From Candidatus Saganbacteria bacterium (GTDB taxonomy: Bacteria > Margulisbacteria > WOR-1 > JAKLHX01), in NCBI GenBank assembly GCA_026387835.1, contig JAPLKZ010000007.1, positions 213,434 through 245,433 on the forward strand: a DNA stretch of 32,000 bases. Reading direction: 5' to 3'. Below, piece after piece: positions 17,664 through 27,144 of the stretch. A program made the position numbers and the translations under genes. A model generated the notes under the pieces. That model searched no databases and was not told the DNA's origin. It worked only from the letters and a program-made list of their open reading frames with translations. Positions within the stretch are counted from its first letter, which is position 1, and each line of letters starts with the position of its first letter.

Positions 17664-18981
17664 CTAGGACTGAAACGCCTCTCTTATCACTTTGCCTAGA
17701 ACCGGCCACTGTTTTACTGAAAATGTTATAATTTACCAGGTTAAAGGTATTTTCATAATAATTATCTACTGTATCCTTGAACTTTTTATTCCAGAATTTT
17801 TCGACTCCCGAGCCGCCCAGATCGATTGCAGTTTTCAGTTGTTTCAGTTTTTCCAGCCCGGACGGATCTTCATCCGTGACAAGCTGTTTTTCGACAAGGT
17901 TTATTATCTTTGCGTTTATCGCTGCGGAAAATGTATCAATTTTCACGTTCGGATCCTTGCCACTTCTTACCCGCTCAAGAAATGACTTAATAGAACCGAG
18001 GGTTTGTTTGTCTTTTTTATCATCGGACAGGTCCTCATAGACAGATATGGATAATGCTAATTTACGATGATATTTCTTTTCTTCATCAGCACCGACCTCT
18101 CTCTTAATGATCTTATCCAGCATATCGATAGACCTGTCTAATGCTTCTTCAACATGTTTTCTGCTGTAAATATCACGTTTATCTTTTGGGATCTCTCTAC
18201 CGGTTTCTGAACTTGTCCATGCGTTGATGTTCATCGCGGATTGCCTGGAATTGTTTATGTCATAGACGGTGAACGACATATGCTTCACGTATTGATTGAA
18301 CTTATCTTGGCTCATGTTCCCGGGGCCGTTCTGCATGGTTATGATCACAGTGTTCCAGAAGCCGTCGGGTGTCACGTGGTTGCGGTACACCCCATCGATT
18401 CGGTCATCTCCGTAAAAAGCATTCCACGAATAAGGGTTGAACTTTCCGAGGTTATATTTCCCGAGTAGATCATTGACCTCTTTCATTTTTATTTTACTTG
18501 ACTTGCCTTCATCTGACAGGATCGTTTTTACGCCGGATACAAGATCGGCCGCTTGTTTTTCTTCCCATCCGAAACTTGCCGCGACGATCCTTGCCTGCGC
18601 GTCAGTCGATTTTGGATCATTCCCGGAACCCATAACAGTTGAAACGGGAAAAGCTGATTGCAAATCTCTTGTTCCTGTTGTTTCTGATATTTTGGCAACT
18701 GCCGGTTTTGCAAGCGGTCTACTTGCAGTTGTCGGCTCTTCAATCGTTTTACCTGCGGTTTGAACAGCTGGTCGTGCTTCAGGTCGCGTTGCTTCTGATG
18801 CTCTTGCTTGTTTGCTTGGAGCATCATTTTGATCTGGTATTTGCTTGGCTTTTAATCCTGAAGACTTAAACAAACTTGTTATTCCCATTCCCAACCAGTA
18901 TATCGGGGTGAATTTTGCAATTCCCTCCATGTTCCTGAACATGTCACACGTTTGATCAACCCCGATTAAACCTGTACCCAT
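17644..18981 (-). CDS. Uncharacterised 445-aa protein
   Basis: Full-length ORF, helical/charged C-terminal half, no signal peptide. Confidence 0.8.
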   Translation of the reverse strand: MGTGLIGVDQTCDMFRNMEGIAKFTPIYWLGMGITSLFKSSGLKAKQIPDQNDAPSKQARASEATRPEARPAVQTAGKTIEEPTTASRPLAKPAVAKISETTGTRDLQSAFPVSTVMGSGNDPKSTDAQARIVAASFGWEEKQAADLVSGVKTILSDEGKSSKIKMKEVNDLLGKYNLGKFNPYSWNAFYGDDRIDGVYRNHVTPDGFWNTVIITMQNGPGNMSQDKFNQYVKHMSFTVYDINNSRQSAMNINAWTSSETGREIPKDKRDIYSRKHVEEALDRSIDMLDKIIKREVGADEEKKYHRKLALSISVYEDLSDDKKDKQTLGSIKSFLERVRSGKDPNVKIDTFSAAINAKIINLVEKQLVTDEDPSGLEKLKQLKTAIDLGGSGVEKFWNKKFKDTVDNYYENTFNLVNYNIFSKTVAGSRQSDKRGVSVLDAQRGS

Positions 18982-19002
18982 AATACCTCTTTGTCCGTTC
19001 CC

Positions 19003-19040
19003 CTAAATATAAATCATAACTGCGTCTACAGTCATAGCGG
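19003..19040 (-). promoter_or_regulatory. Weak candidate of the shared promoter-like element
   Basis: Minus strand CCGCTATGA-N15-TGATTTATATTTAG; correct spacing but only partial match. Confidence 0.25.
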
Positions 19041-19087
19041 TCAGATCAAAAGATCTAAATATTTTCATTTGACAGCTCTGCCCAATA

Positions 19088-19291
19088 TCAAGCAATACTT
19101 ACCTTTGAAAAATCTCTTACAGCTTGCTCCAATTGACCCATTGCAACTCTTATTGTGGATTCATCTATAGCTGCTTTCGTTATTCCTTTGTCAAGTTGAC
19201 TCCTAGTTTTCATGCTTGCTTGAGATACTTCTGCTGGTGTTTCCTTGGCAGCCGACTTTGTTTGTCCAACTCTTTGTGTTGCTTCAACCAT
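19088..19291 (-). CDS. Uncharacterised 67-aa helical protein
   Basis: MVEATQRVGQTKSAAKETPAEVSQASMKTRSQL...; GGGAG upstream of ATG; own promoter-like element. Confidence 0.7.
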   Translation of the reverse strand: MVEATQRVGQTKSAAKETPAEVSQASMKTRSQLDKGITKAAIDESTIRVAMGQLEQAVRDFSKVSIA

Positions 19292-19305
19292 TGTTTTTCT
19301 CCCTT

Positions 19306-19343
19306 CTATATATCTATCGTATCAAATATATGCAAAATTGCAT
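19306..19343 (-). promoter_or_regulatory. Shared bipartite promoter-like element
   Basis: Minus strand ATGCAATTT-N15-CGATAGATATATAG. Confidence 0.7.
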
Positions 19344-19352
19344 GGAATTTCA

Positions 19353-20393
19353 CTATTTACCTAAAATATCAAATATCATGTGTTTTAACCAGTTTTCGAC
19401 TTCTTGATCCCCCTGTCCGTCCAATGTCTTGTTTAACTCATCCACCGACGTATTCACCTTATCTATTTTGTCATTTATTTCGTTTGTCCCTGCCTTGCCG
19501 CTGCTGATGCTGCCTTCTATTTTTTCCAGAGATGTATTGATCTCGAGAATTTTGCCCAACCTCATTTCCATCGAAAGGTTGTTTGAGGCAGCTACTATGG
19601 CCGCTATCATTTTCATGTCATCCAGTTTCTTAATTAGGTTTTTTATGGACTTGGCTGCATTCTGCAGTTCCATTGTCTTTTTCTTATAAAACTCTTTGTC
19701 AAGTTCTTTTTGCTCCTCGTTTAATTGTCTCCGCTGTTCTATGATATTTTCTGAAATTCTATTGCAGGACTCCATGCAGGTGTTTATTGCCTGCGTTAAA
19801 TAGTCTTCATTTATACCGAATAATACTCCGCCATCAATTATATCTTCTATACTTCCGTCTGTTTCATCGTCTGATGTCTGGTCATCAAACTGTGCGACGT
19901 TGATCTCCCCGTTTATATTATTTATTATATTTTTTATATTTTCCTGGGCTTTTTCTTCTGTGAGCTGGCACGCGAATTCCTTCAAGACAGCATTTGCGTT
20001 GCCGGGTTGGCCTTGTTTGCCGGGTATGTTGCCGATCACTCTGATCCAAGCGTTATCTTTATTAAACTTGCCGTTTCGAAACAATATTTCGACATCTTTT
20101 ACTTTCCCATAAGAGGCCCTTTTTATCTCCAAGTAGGCCGATAATGCGAGGTTTGCCTGATTTTTATCGGCAAAATTTGTTTTGTTTAAAAATGCTTCAA
20201 GTTCTGCCCTGTTTTTTATTCCGCTGTCTTTTAGTTTGCCGTCATTTAGATTTTTATCTTTCATCCAATTTGAGACGATAGCGCCTGTTTTGCTGCGGTC
20301 AGCATTGGGAATATCTTGACCTGTTGCCTGCGTTTGATTTTGATTTAATATCTTAGTTTGATCTATTTGTTTGTAATCTACTTGAAAAACCAT
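19353..20393 (-). CDS. Uncharacterised 346-aa protein with C-terminal coiled-coil-like region
   Basis: Full-length ORF, C-terminal heptad-like NRISENIIEQRRQLNEEQKELDKEFYKKK...KIDKVNTSVDELNKTL. Confidence 0.8.
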   Translation of the reverse strand: MVFQVDYKQIDQTKILNQNQTQATGQDIPNADRSKTGAIVSNWMKDKNLNDGKLKDSGIKNRAELEAFLNKTNFADKNQANLALSAYLEIKRASYGKVKDVEILFRNGKFNKDNAWIRVIGNIPGKQGQPGNANAVLKEFACQLTEEKAQENIKNIINNINGEINVAQFDDQTSDDETDGSIEDIIDGGVLFGINEDYLTQAINTCMESCNRISENIIEQRRQLNEEQKELDKEFYKKKTMELQNAAKSIKNLIKKLDDMKMIAAIVAASNNLSMEMRLGKILEINTSLEKIEGSISSGKAGTNEINDKIDKVNTSVDELNKTLDGQGDQEVENWLKHMIFDILGK

Positions 20394-20394
20394 G

Positions 20395-22041
20395 TTATGC
20401 CTCCACCAGATGTTCGGAGCCTTCGACCGGGATCTTATCAGGCTCCGGACCGCTGCTTGTCTCCTCGATCAAACGTTTTTCGACTAGCCGCAGTTTTGAT
20501 ATCTCTTTTAAGATATTGTTGTTCTTTCTTCTCGTCAGCATGTCGTTCATGACCTCTATCTGCCTCCGGACTATATCGATCATTCTCTTGTTGGCGTTAT
20601 ACTTCAGGCTCTCGAACTCCGGTTCGCTTATGTCTATGCCGAGACGGGCCGCGTTCTTCAAAAGGCCTTTCATTTTCTTCTCGACAAGCTTGAAGGCCGG
20701 GCCGCGCAGGTGATACAGCGTAGCGCGTTCTAGCAGGGCTTCTTTTATCATCTCCACGACTTTTTCTTTAGCGGAGATCTCCGCCTCAAAAGCTATCTTC
20801 TCGTCGAGCTCTCTCGTGTATACGGACAGGGCCATCAGCCCGTTCTTGAGTTTCCTGATCTCGAAGCTGGTCGTAAGGTACGTCCTGAGGTCGTTTTTCA
20901 GGAGGCGCTTCATATAAAGCCCGCGCATCCTGTTCACAAGTATCTCTTTCTCGTCATCTTTGGTGTATTCGAACTCGCCTTTTTCTTTTTTTCCTCCGCT
21001 CTGATCGTCGGTGCTGGTATTTACCTGCAGGCCTACGTTTCCGACGGGAACATCTATCAGATTGAACCCGAGGTCCTCTTTTCTGTCTTTCCAGACTTTA
21101 TTTGCCCATTTATCGATATCGGTGCCGGTTTTTTTCAGCATATTCAGTATCGGGGTAATATCATCGCTCGATTTGTCCTTGTTTACCATCTTGCTTATCA
21201 GTTTTTCTTCAAGATGTTCGAGAGCGAACTTTGACAGCTCCTCCTTGACCTTTTCGCCGGCGGAATCGACCGTCCCCTGAAGGTTGTCGTTGTACCCGCC
21301 GAAATCCCATCCGCCCGTCTTCTCGTTGAAGAAGGAGTTTTCAAGAATGCTGTGGGTAGCCTGCTCGAAAAAGGCGCTTTCGAGCTTGCTCCCGGAGAGC
21401 TCGCGCATAAGGAGGGTCTCTTTTATCTTCACCGAGATATCGGCTCTGATGGCTGCCCTTGCCTCTTTCTGCAGTCCGGCCATATCCTTGTCGGACAGGC
21501 CTTTTTCCTTCAGCGCGGCTTCAAGCTTCACCAGTTTTTCGGGAGTCGTTTTTTTGTTGTTAGTGAGGAACTCGCAGTAAGCGGCCGAATACTGCTCGAC
21601 AAGGGTCTGGGCTTCTTTGTTGTCGGCAAAGTTTGAACCGTTGTTCAGGTTAAAACTGTTGGCTATGCGGCTGGCTGTCTTTTTGATGATGACCTTGCCG
21701 ACCTCCACGGAGTCTTTTTCTGTCTCCTCCCCGGCCTTTTTCGGCGCGTCTTCTTTTTCCCTTGCGCCTATCTTCTGTCCTTGATCAAGCGGGTTGCCGG
21801 CCAGTATTATCCCCGAGCCTGCTACCTTGTTGACTATCGCTCTTAGCACGGACATGCCTTCCTCGCCGAAGTTCTCCGCCTCAAGCACCTGCATGAGGTT
21901 CTCCTCGATCCTTGCGGAGTCGTACTTGCTTTTTGTAAAGTTTTTGTCCTTGATATCGCCCGCAACTCCGGATATCAGGGCGTTATTGGCTATGGCCGCC
22001 ATTTCCTGGCTTGCCGCTTTGTTGAGTATGTTCACTGACAT
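20395..22041 (-). CDS. Uncharacterised 548-aa helical protein
   Basis: Full-length ORF MSVNILNKAASQEMAAIANNALISG...; adjacent to neighbours with gaps of a few nt (operon). Confidence 0.85.
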   Translation of the reverse strand: MSVNILNKAASQEMAAIANNALISGVAGDIKDKNFTKSKYDSARIEENLMQVLEAENFGEEGMSVLRAIVNKVAGSGIILAGNPLDQGQKIGAREKEDAPKKAGEETEKDSVEVGKVIIKKTASRIANSFNLNNGSNFADNKEAQTLVEQYSAAYCEFLTNNKKTTPEKLVKLEAALKEKGLSDKDMAGLQKEARAAIRADISVKIKETLLMRELSGSKLESAFFEQATHSILENSFFNEKTGGWDFGGYNDNLQGTVDSAGEKVKEELSKFALEHLEEKLISKMVNKDKSSDDITPILNMLKKTGTDIDKWANKVWKDRKEDLGFNLIDVPVGNVGLQVNTSTDDQSGGKKEKGEFEYTKDDEKEILVNRMRGLYMKRLLKNDLRTYLTTSFEIRKLKNGLMALSVYTRELDEKIAFEAEISAKEKVVEMIKEALLERATLYHLRGPAFKLVEKKMKGLLKNAARLGIDISEPEFESLKYNANKRMIDIVRRQIEVMNDMLTRRKNNNILKEISKLRLVEKRLIEETSSGPEPDKIPVEGSEHLVEA

Positions 22042-22055
22042 TTCATTTCCCCCGT

Positions 22056-22262
22056 TTAAGAGATCCTGTGGTTCTTATCTTTCAGCTTCCTGATCTCGGC
22101 GGCGATCTTAGACTGTTCCGCGACCGCTTTTTTGATAATTTTTTCGAGCGTCTTGTTGTGCATTTCAAGGCGGCGTTCCGCCTTTATCAAAAAAGCGTTT
22201 ATCTTGATAAGTTTTAGGGCCAGGTCGCCCCTTGATAACCTGTCCTGTTCCTGATCCTGCAT
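22056..22262 (-). CDS. Uncharacterised 68-aa basic coiled-coil-like protein
   Basis: MQDQEQDRLSRGDLALKLIKINAFLIKAERRLEMHNKTLEKIIKKAVAEQSKIAAEIRKLKDKNHRIS. ATG at 22262 has GGGAGGG upstream; the ORF-track start at 22430 would overlap the upstream gene by 151 nt. Confidence 0.7.
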   Translation of the reverse strand: MQDQEQDRLSRGDLALKLIKINAFLIKAERRLEMHNKTLEKIIKKAVAEQSKIAAEIRKLKDKNHRIS

Positions 22263-22279
22263 CGCGCGTTCCCTCCCTT

Positions 22280-23038
22280 TCAGCAGATCCCGTGGTCGAA
22301 CATCGAAAGCTGGTATTCGATCCCCATCTTTTCCTCGAGCAGCCTGGACGATATCTTCTTGCATTGCTCGGTCTGTACCTCGAGCACTTTTTCTTTCGTG
22401 AAATATTCGGTCAGTCCGAGCCTTTCGCACTGCGTGATCAGCTGCTTCCTGATCTCGGAGATGACCGTTTTTTGCGTCTTGACGTATTTTCTCGGGCCCC
22501 CTATTATATTGAGCAGTTCCGAAGTGTATTCGTTCTCTTCAAAAAGTATCTTATTCTGTGAGATCGCGTTCGAAGTGGCTTTTCTCTGCATCTGTATGAT
22601 CTCCTGGCAGCTGGTCCCGAGCAGCGACAGCATCGTCCCGTAAAAAGACAGTTTCATTTCGGCGAACTTCGACACCAGGAGGTTGTGCGACCTTGAAAGC
22701 ACAAAGTTCTTCATGTAATTTTCCTTGAACGAGTCCACCTTTGATTTCAGGTCTATCTTTATGCCGAACATGTTCAGGACATCCGGCCTTTTCACGCTTC
22801 CCTCGGTCTGCACCGAAGACACGTCCACGTCCGACGATATCGGCAGCGCGTTCAGGGTGAGTTTTCCGTCCACTTCCTCGACCGTCCATTTGATCACAGG
22901 GGCGCTGTCCGTTACCTTCGGAGCATTGTTCTGCTGGGGCTTCTGGAGAGCTTCCTGTTTCCTGGCAAGAAGCTGTTCCATCATAGCCTTGTTGTAAAGC
23001 TTTGTTCCGTCGAGATTAGTGCTGGTGCCCGTGTTCAT
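22280..23038 (-). CDS. Uncharacterised approximately 252-aa protein
   Basis: Full-length ORF; ATG at 23038 (MNTGTSTNLDGTKLYNKAMMEQ), alternative GTG at 23047. Confidence 0.8.
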   Translation of the reverse strand: MNTGTSTNLDGTKLYNKAMMEQLLARKQEALQKPQQNNAPKVTDSAPVIKWTVEEVDGKLTLNALPISSDVDVSSVQTEGSVKRPDVLNMFGIKIDLKSKVDSFKENYMKNFVLSRSHNLLVSKFAEMKLSFYGTMLSLLGTSCQEIIQMQRKATSNAISQNKILFEENEYTSELLNIIGGPRKYVKTQKTVISEIRKQLITQCERLGLTEYFTKEKVLEVQTEQCKKISSRLLEEKMGIEYQLSMFDHGIC

Positions 23039-23103
23039 TAAAAACACCTTCCGTTATATAACAAAGCAGGCCAAAACAACATCAATGCGCGTATGTTCAT
23101 ATG

Positions 23104-23141
23104 CTATATATCTATCGTAATTGAAAAGTACAAACTTGCAT
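23104..23141 (-). promoter_or_regulatory. Shared bipartite promoter-like element
   Basis: Minus strand ATGCAAGTT-N15-CGATAGATATATAG. Confidence 0.75.
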
Positions 23142-23204
23142 AAAAAAGAAGTAATTAATTTACTCAATGAGGCCAAATATATGCTATCGGCATTTAGTTG
23201 CAGA

Positions 23205-26200
23205 TTATTTGGATTTTTGTTTGGATCCGCTTTGTCTTTGTTGCGCGATTTTTTTCATCAAAGCAGAGAATGAGGCGTTATTTTGTTGCTTCTTATCATT
23301 TTCCTGCTTTGCCGCGGTTTTTTTGTCATCCCTCTCGTCATCTTCCTTCTCTTTTTTGCCTTCTTTGTATTCTTGCATCTTCCTTTCGTACTCTCTATGC
23401 TTCTGGGAGTTGACTATATTGTTTCCCATTAACTCATTCATAAAGCCGTATGTTTCAGCTTCATACAGTGCTCCGACCTCATGCGTCATCCAAATATATT
23501 TTGAGGCCTGGACGGCAGTCCAGCCATAATCCTGTATACCACCCGGATTATCATACCCTCCATAGGCATTAATTGTTCCTCTCCAGAAATTAGCCTTGGC
23601 ATATTCGCCCATTTCGACATTTATTCGGACCATTGCAGAATTCAGATTCATAACGTTCAAATTATTTATTTGTTGTCCGATCGAATAAAAATGATGCTGT
23701 CCGCTTAGATATCCGTAACCTTGCTTATCCGATGAAGAAGCGTAATGAACATATCCGTCGTAAGGAGGATTGCCTCCTCCCCAATAATTCGTATAAACAT
23801 TATTTATTATGTCCGAAGGTTTGCTGCCATATGGGTGTCTTGCATCATCATAATTTATATTATAAGAGTAACGAGATGCTCCTGCCGGAGCCAAATTGGA
23901 GTTGTCGTCTTCAAATACTCCGATATTTGAAATGAAATTACCAGCTGTGGTATCCCATGACCTGCCCCCCCAAAATGAAGCAGGCTGCCGCGAGTGTGTT
24001 GCTGTGGAAGTATCGGTATACGTCAATTCACCTTTGAATTCATCGAAGGCCGGATCCATATATGTCATGTATTTGTTGATCTTAGTCGCGTAGTCACGCA
24101 ATTTAGCAGCATCCATTGTAGCACCAGTAGTACTTGTTGTTACCGGTGTTGTTACTGGCGTTGTTACTGTTGTCACTCTGCCAGTAACAGGATCTGTTGT
24201 TGTTGTTGTTGTATATGTTGTTACATCTGTTGTCGTGGTTGTGGTTGTCTCGGCAGGCGGCAGGTCTGCAGTAAGAGCGTCCATGGCGGTCTTGACGCCG
24301 ATCCAATATCCTCCAGCAGGAGAAGTATCTGGTATCCATACTTGTTTATCCGCATCAAGATAATATGTTGATAGTTTAAGCTCGTTTTTATTAGCTCCAT
24401 AATAAGTTATAAAAGCATTGACGTTGGTTGTATATGTGTTATAGGTATCTTTTTGTTCTTGTGTTGGAGGAGTTGTAGAAGGTGTAAATACGCTTGCGCC
24501 GGCACAACCAGAGCTTGTGTATTTATCATGCAAAGTTTTCATCGGAGAATTGTTATAATAATTTGTAAGATTTGTGCTCAGCCAGCTTCTGAAATTGGAA
24601 AGCCTGTAGTAATCGGTCGTGGAATACCAGCCCCCACCCAAACTATTCCCACTCATGGGACCGAAGTCCATGATCCACTGGGAAAGCCTGTGCTGCGCCA
24701 GTGAGAATGTCTGCAGAAACGTCTTGTTGTAATCCCCGGATTCCTTCCCTGTCCAGGGATCAGCTGAACTTTCGGTATCCCCCCTGTGATAGTCGCCCAT
24801 CCATTTATCAAAGCTCTTGATCATGGCGTTGTCGAGCGAACCATTATAAGTTGTAGTCGGCTTGTCATCAGAAGCGCCATTATATATATTATTTAAGCCG
24901 ATATTTTGGCTATACCAGCTCATATTGTAATATTGTGAATGCGGGCCGAAGAGCTCGGTCATCCCCGCAAAATACCTTCTCCGCGATTCAAGTAATAACA
25001 CAGCTATATTGAATGCGGCTTGGGACTCAAAATTTGGCTCTCTCCCTGTCGTCCACCAAGAATCTTCAGAACAATTATTTGGGTTGGTATATGCTTTATC
25101 CCCATATCTGTTATCAAAATTCCACGGGGCGCTCGGGTCCATCGCAAGCTCATAAAACGAAGGGGCACCCACCTTATATTGGTCGCCGTTGAATTTGGAA
25201 TAATCCGTGTTCGATGAATACCCGTTGAAAAATGATTCCGCGTTGGTAAATGAACTTGAATAGTCCGCCAGATTTGGAAGGTCGAGTTTTGAAAGCTCCG
25301 TTCCGGAGGGCCCGTCCCAATTTCTGAGCATGGCAGGGTTCGAACCGTAGAAGAAGTTGTTGTAATCGACCGGATGATAATTGTTTATTGTAGTTTTATA
25401 ATCCCCGCCCGAATTATTCAAAAGATATGTATATTGGTCTGTCGCGTCTTCCGAAGCCGCATATACGGGAAATGCTGTAGCAACTATAGATCCATCGTTT
25501 CTCATGCCATAGGCAGTTTGGTTTTTTGAAAGGTCTCCTTTTCCGACAAGAAAATCAACTCTTGTATCGGTTTCTTTAACTGGATTGAAATCCCAGAATG
25601 CTGGTGTAAAGTTAAATGGGAATTCTGATCCTTTTCCTGCTCCGAGAAAGTCAACTACGCCATCATCTGATGATTGGGAATGCCTTTTTCCGAAACCCGG
25701 CTGACCAACGGGATCATGTTGCGGGCCGGACCCCAGCTTGTCCCATATCGCTGATGCTAATTTGTTTTTATCATAATCGGATAATCCCCCATACCAGCGT
25801 GAAAACTCTTCTCCAGCTATCAATTCATCCTTATAAACCCTATAAATTTGATTTTTATACTTTTGAACGTTTAAGAGGCCGTTGCTATCAAGATAACCCA
25901 AATTTTTCAAGGCGTTAAATAAATCCGTGCCATGTCGTTCAAAACCAGCACCAGAGCAGGCGTCAGTAAAATCAGAACCTGTAAAAATTGTAGTAAACGG
26001 ATGGCCAGCTGTTGTATTTACATTTGTACTTGTGCAAAACTCATATGGCGCCCATGTTCCATCCTCATAGTTAGATGAATATATCTCTGATTCTGCGCGC
26101 GGGATGAACTTCATCATGTTAAGCAGGAAATTGTACCTGTTACTCAGCCATCTCTTGCCGCGCGGCGTGGTCTCATTATAAAGCAAATTCTCGAGCCCGT

Positions 26201-26270
26201 ATTCCGGAGTTTCTGACGAGATGGGGAGCCACATCTGCGGCTTGATCTCTAGAGGATTGTCGTAACTCAT
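23205..26270 (-). CDS. Uncharacterised 1021-aa Tyr/Trp/Asn-rich protein with Thr-rich linker
   Basis: Full-length ORF, MSYDNPLEIKPQMWLPISSETPEYGLENLLYNETTPRGKRWLSNRYNFLLNMMKF...; no signal peptide. Confidence 0.85.
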   Translation of the reverse strand: MSYDNPLEIKPQMWLPISSETPEYGLENLLYNETTPRGKRWLSNRYNFLLNMMKFIPRAESEIYSSNYEDGTWAPYEFCTSTNVNTTAGHPFTTIFTGSDFTDACSGAGFERHGTDLFNALKNLGYLDSNGLLNVQKYKNQIYRVYKDELIAGEEFSRWYGGLSDYDKNKLASAIWDKLGSGPQHDPVGQPGFGKRHSQSSDDGVVDFLGAGKGSEFPFNFTPAFWDFNPVKETDTRVDFLVGKGDLSKNQTAYGMRNDGSIVATAFPVYAASEDATDQYTYLLNNSGGDYKTTINNYHPVDYNNFFYGSNPAMLRNWDGPSGTELSKLDLPNLADYSSSFTNAESFFNGYSSNTDYSKFNGDQYKVGAPSFYELAMDPSAPWNFDNRYGDKAYTNPNNCSEDSWWTTGREPNFESQAAFNIAVLLLESRRRYFAGMTELFGPHSQYYNMSWYSQNIGLNNIYNGASDDKPTTTYNGSLDNAMIKSFDKWMGDYHRGDTESSADPWTGKESGDYNKTFLQTFSLAQHRLSQWIMDFGPMSGNSLGGGWYSTTDYYRLSNFRSWLSTNLTNYYNNSPMKTLHDKYTSSGCAGASVFTPSTTPPTQEQKDTYNTYTTNVNAFITYYGANKNELKLSTYYLDADKQVWIPDTSPAGGYWIGVKTAMDALTADLPPAETTTTTTTDVTTYTTTTTTDPVTGRVTTVTTPVTTPVTTSTTGATMDAAKLRDYATKINKYMTYMDPAFDEFKGELTYTDTSTATHSRQPASFWGGRSWDTTAGNFISNIGVFEDDNSNLAPAGASRYSYNINYDDARHPYGSKPSDIINNVYTNYWGGGNPPYDGYVHYASSSDKQGYGYLSGQHHFYSIGQQINNLNVMNLNSAMVRINVEMGEYAKANFWRGTINAYGGYDNPGGIQDYGWTAVQASKYIWMTHEVGALYEAETYGFMNELMGNNIVNSQKHREYERKMQEYKEGKKEKEDDERDDKKTAAKQENDKKQQNNASFSALMKKIAQQRQSGSKQKSK
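24124..24250 (-). repeat. Low-complexity Thr/Val/Pro-rich coding stretch
   Basis: Encodes TTTTTTDVTTYTTTTTTDPVTGRVTTVTTPVTTPVTTSTTGA. Confidence 0.85.
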
Positions 26271-26314
26271 TGCTTGATGTTCACCTTTTTATTTATTATT
26301 AAAGGGACTTCGCA

Positions 26315-26638
26315 TTATCCGATCAGCTTTGAAACCGAATCCTGGAATGATCCCTGTTTTGTAAGCAGGTCCATGGCCATGGTGTTGATCGACTCGAGCT
26401 GGCTGGTATACCTGTTGATGACGAATAAAGCTGCTGCGGAACTTTTGTCGTCAAGTTTTATGCCGTTTATCTCAATGGACTTTGTGGTCGGGTCCGCCAT
26501 TTCCATCGACACCTTATTCAGCGCATCGTACAAATAAATAAAAAGGTTCTTGAAACCGAATGATGTGGTAGAAAGATTCCCTGGTTTTGCCTGGGCACTT
26601 GATATAGAAAGCTGATCATTTATAGAGTCGAGTACCAT
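26315..26638 (-). CDS. Uncharacterised 107-aa helical protein
   Basis: MVLDSINDQLSISSAQAKPGNLSTTSFGFKNLFIYLYDALNKVSMEMADPTTKSIEINGI...; same operon as the 1021-aa ORF. Confidence 0.75.
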   Translation of the reverse strand: MVLDSINDQLSISSAQAKPGNLSTTSFGFKNLFIYLYDALNKVSMEMADPTTKSIEINGIKLDDKSSAAALFVINRYTSQLESINTMAMDLLTKQGSFQDSVSKLIG

Positions 26639-26668
26639 TTCATTCTCCTTTAACGTCTTTCATGTTGC

Positions 26669-26706
26669 CTTTTTATCTATCTTAAGGGGTGCCCCGTTTT
26701 GCAAGA
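26669..26706 (-). promoter_or_regulatory. Degenerate version of the shared element
   Basis: Minus strand TTGCAA (offset by about 2 nt) then AGATAGATAAAAAG, 30 nt upstream of ATG 26638, the same distance as at 28933. Confidence 0.35.
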
Positions 26707-26742
26707 CACCCCTATATCCTTGTTCTCTCAAGCTATACCCGA

Positions 26743-27042
26743 TTAACCTTTTGCATCCCTCAGAGCGTTCTTCTGCATCGTCTGTTTTTCTTTTTCGGCT
26801 ATTGCATCCGCTGAGCTTTTTACTTCTGTTCTGGCTGCCGCTGTTCCTATCACGAACAATTGCGCTGCTCCCACTTCCGTTCCTTTGCCTAATGTGATGT
26901 GCAGATTATTGCCGTTGTTGTCATACAAGTTCGGAAGCATTACGTCTGTCGGTGCATTGGCTACCATCGCACATGCTACATCTTCTATCCCTTTGTCATT
27001 TGCGATCAGATCTGCTACGACTCCTGCTATTGAGTTTGTCAT
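26743..27042 (-). CDS. Uncharacterised 99-aa protein
   Basis: MTNSIAGVVADLIANDKGIEDVACAMVANAPTDVMLPNLYDNNGNNLHITLGKGTEVGAAQLFVIGTAAART...; GGGGG-rich RBS-like sequence upstream, own promoter-like element. Confidence 0.75.
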   Translation of the reverse strand: MTNSIAGVVADLIANDKGIEDVACAMVANAPTDVMLPNLYDNNGNNLHITLGKGTEVGAAQLFVIGTAAARTEVKSSADAIAEKEKQTMQKNALRDAKG

Positions 27043-27084
27043 CTTTTTTCACCCCCTCTCGTTTATTACTTCGTCATCGCCTTT

Positions 27085-27122
27085 CTATTTACTTATCGGT
27101 AACCGCCTGGGAATTCTTGCAT
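27085..27122 (-). promoter_or_regulatory. Shared bipartite promoter-like element
   Basis: Minus strand ATGCAAGAA-N15-CGATAAGTAAATAG. Confidence 0.7.
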
Positions 27123-27144
27123 GGAATATTGCGTTAAATATAGC

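Noticed and set aside
22263-22430. N-terminal extension of the 124-aa ORF (MRKARTDRIFHERKSARG...)
   Set aside because: It overlaps the upstream gene in a different frame; ATG 22262 has a strong GGGAGGG site and no overlap.
22551-22889. 112-aa minus-strand ORF, plus 30592..30858, 31134..31430, 24103..24339, 18528..18827 and 14183..14374
   Set aside because: Out-of-frame ORFs inside better-supported minus-strand genes.
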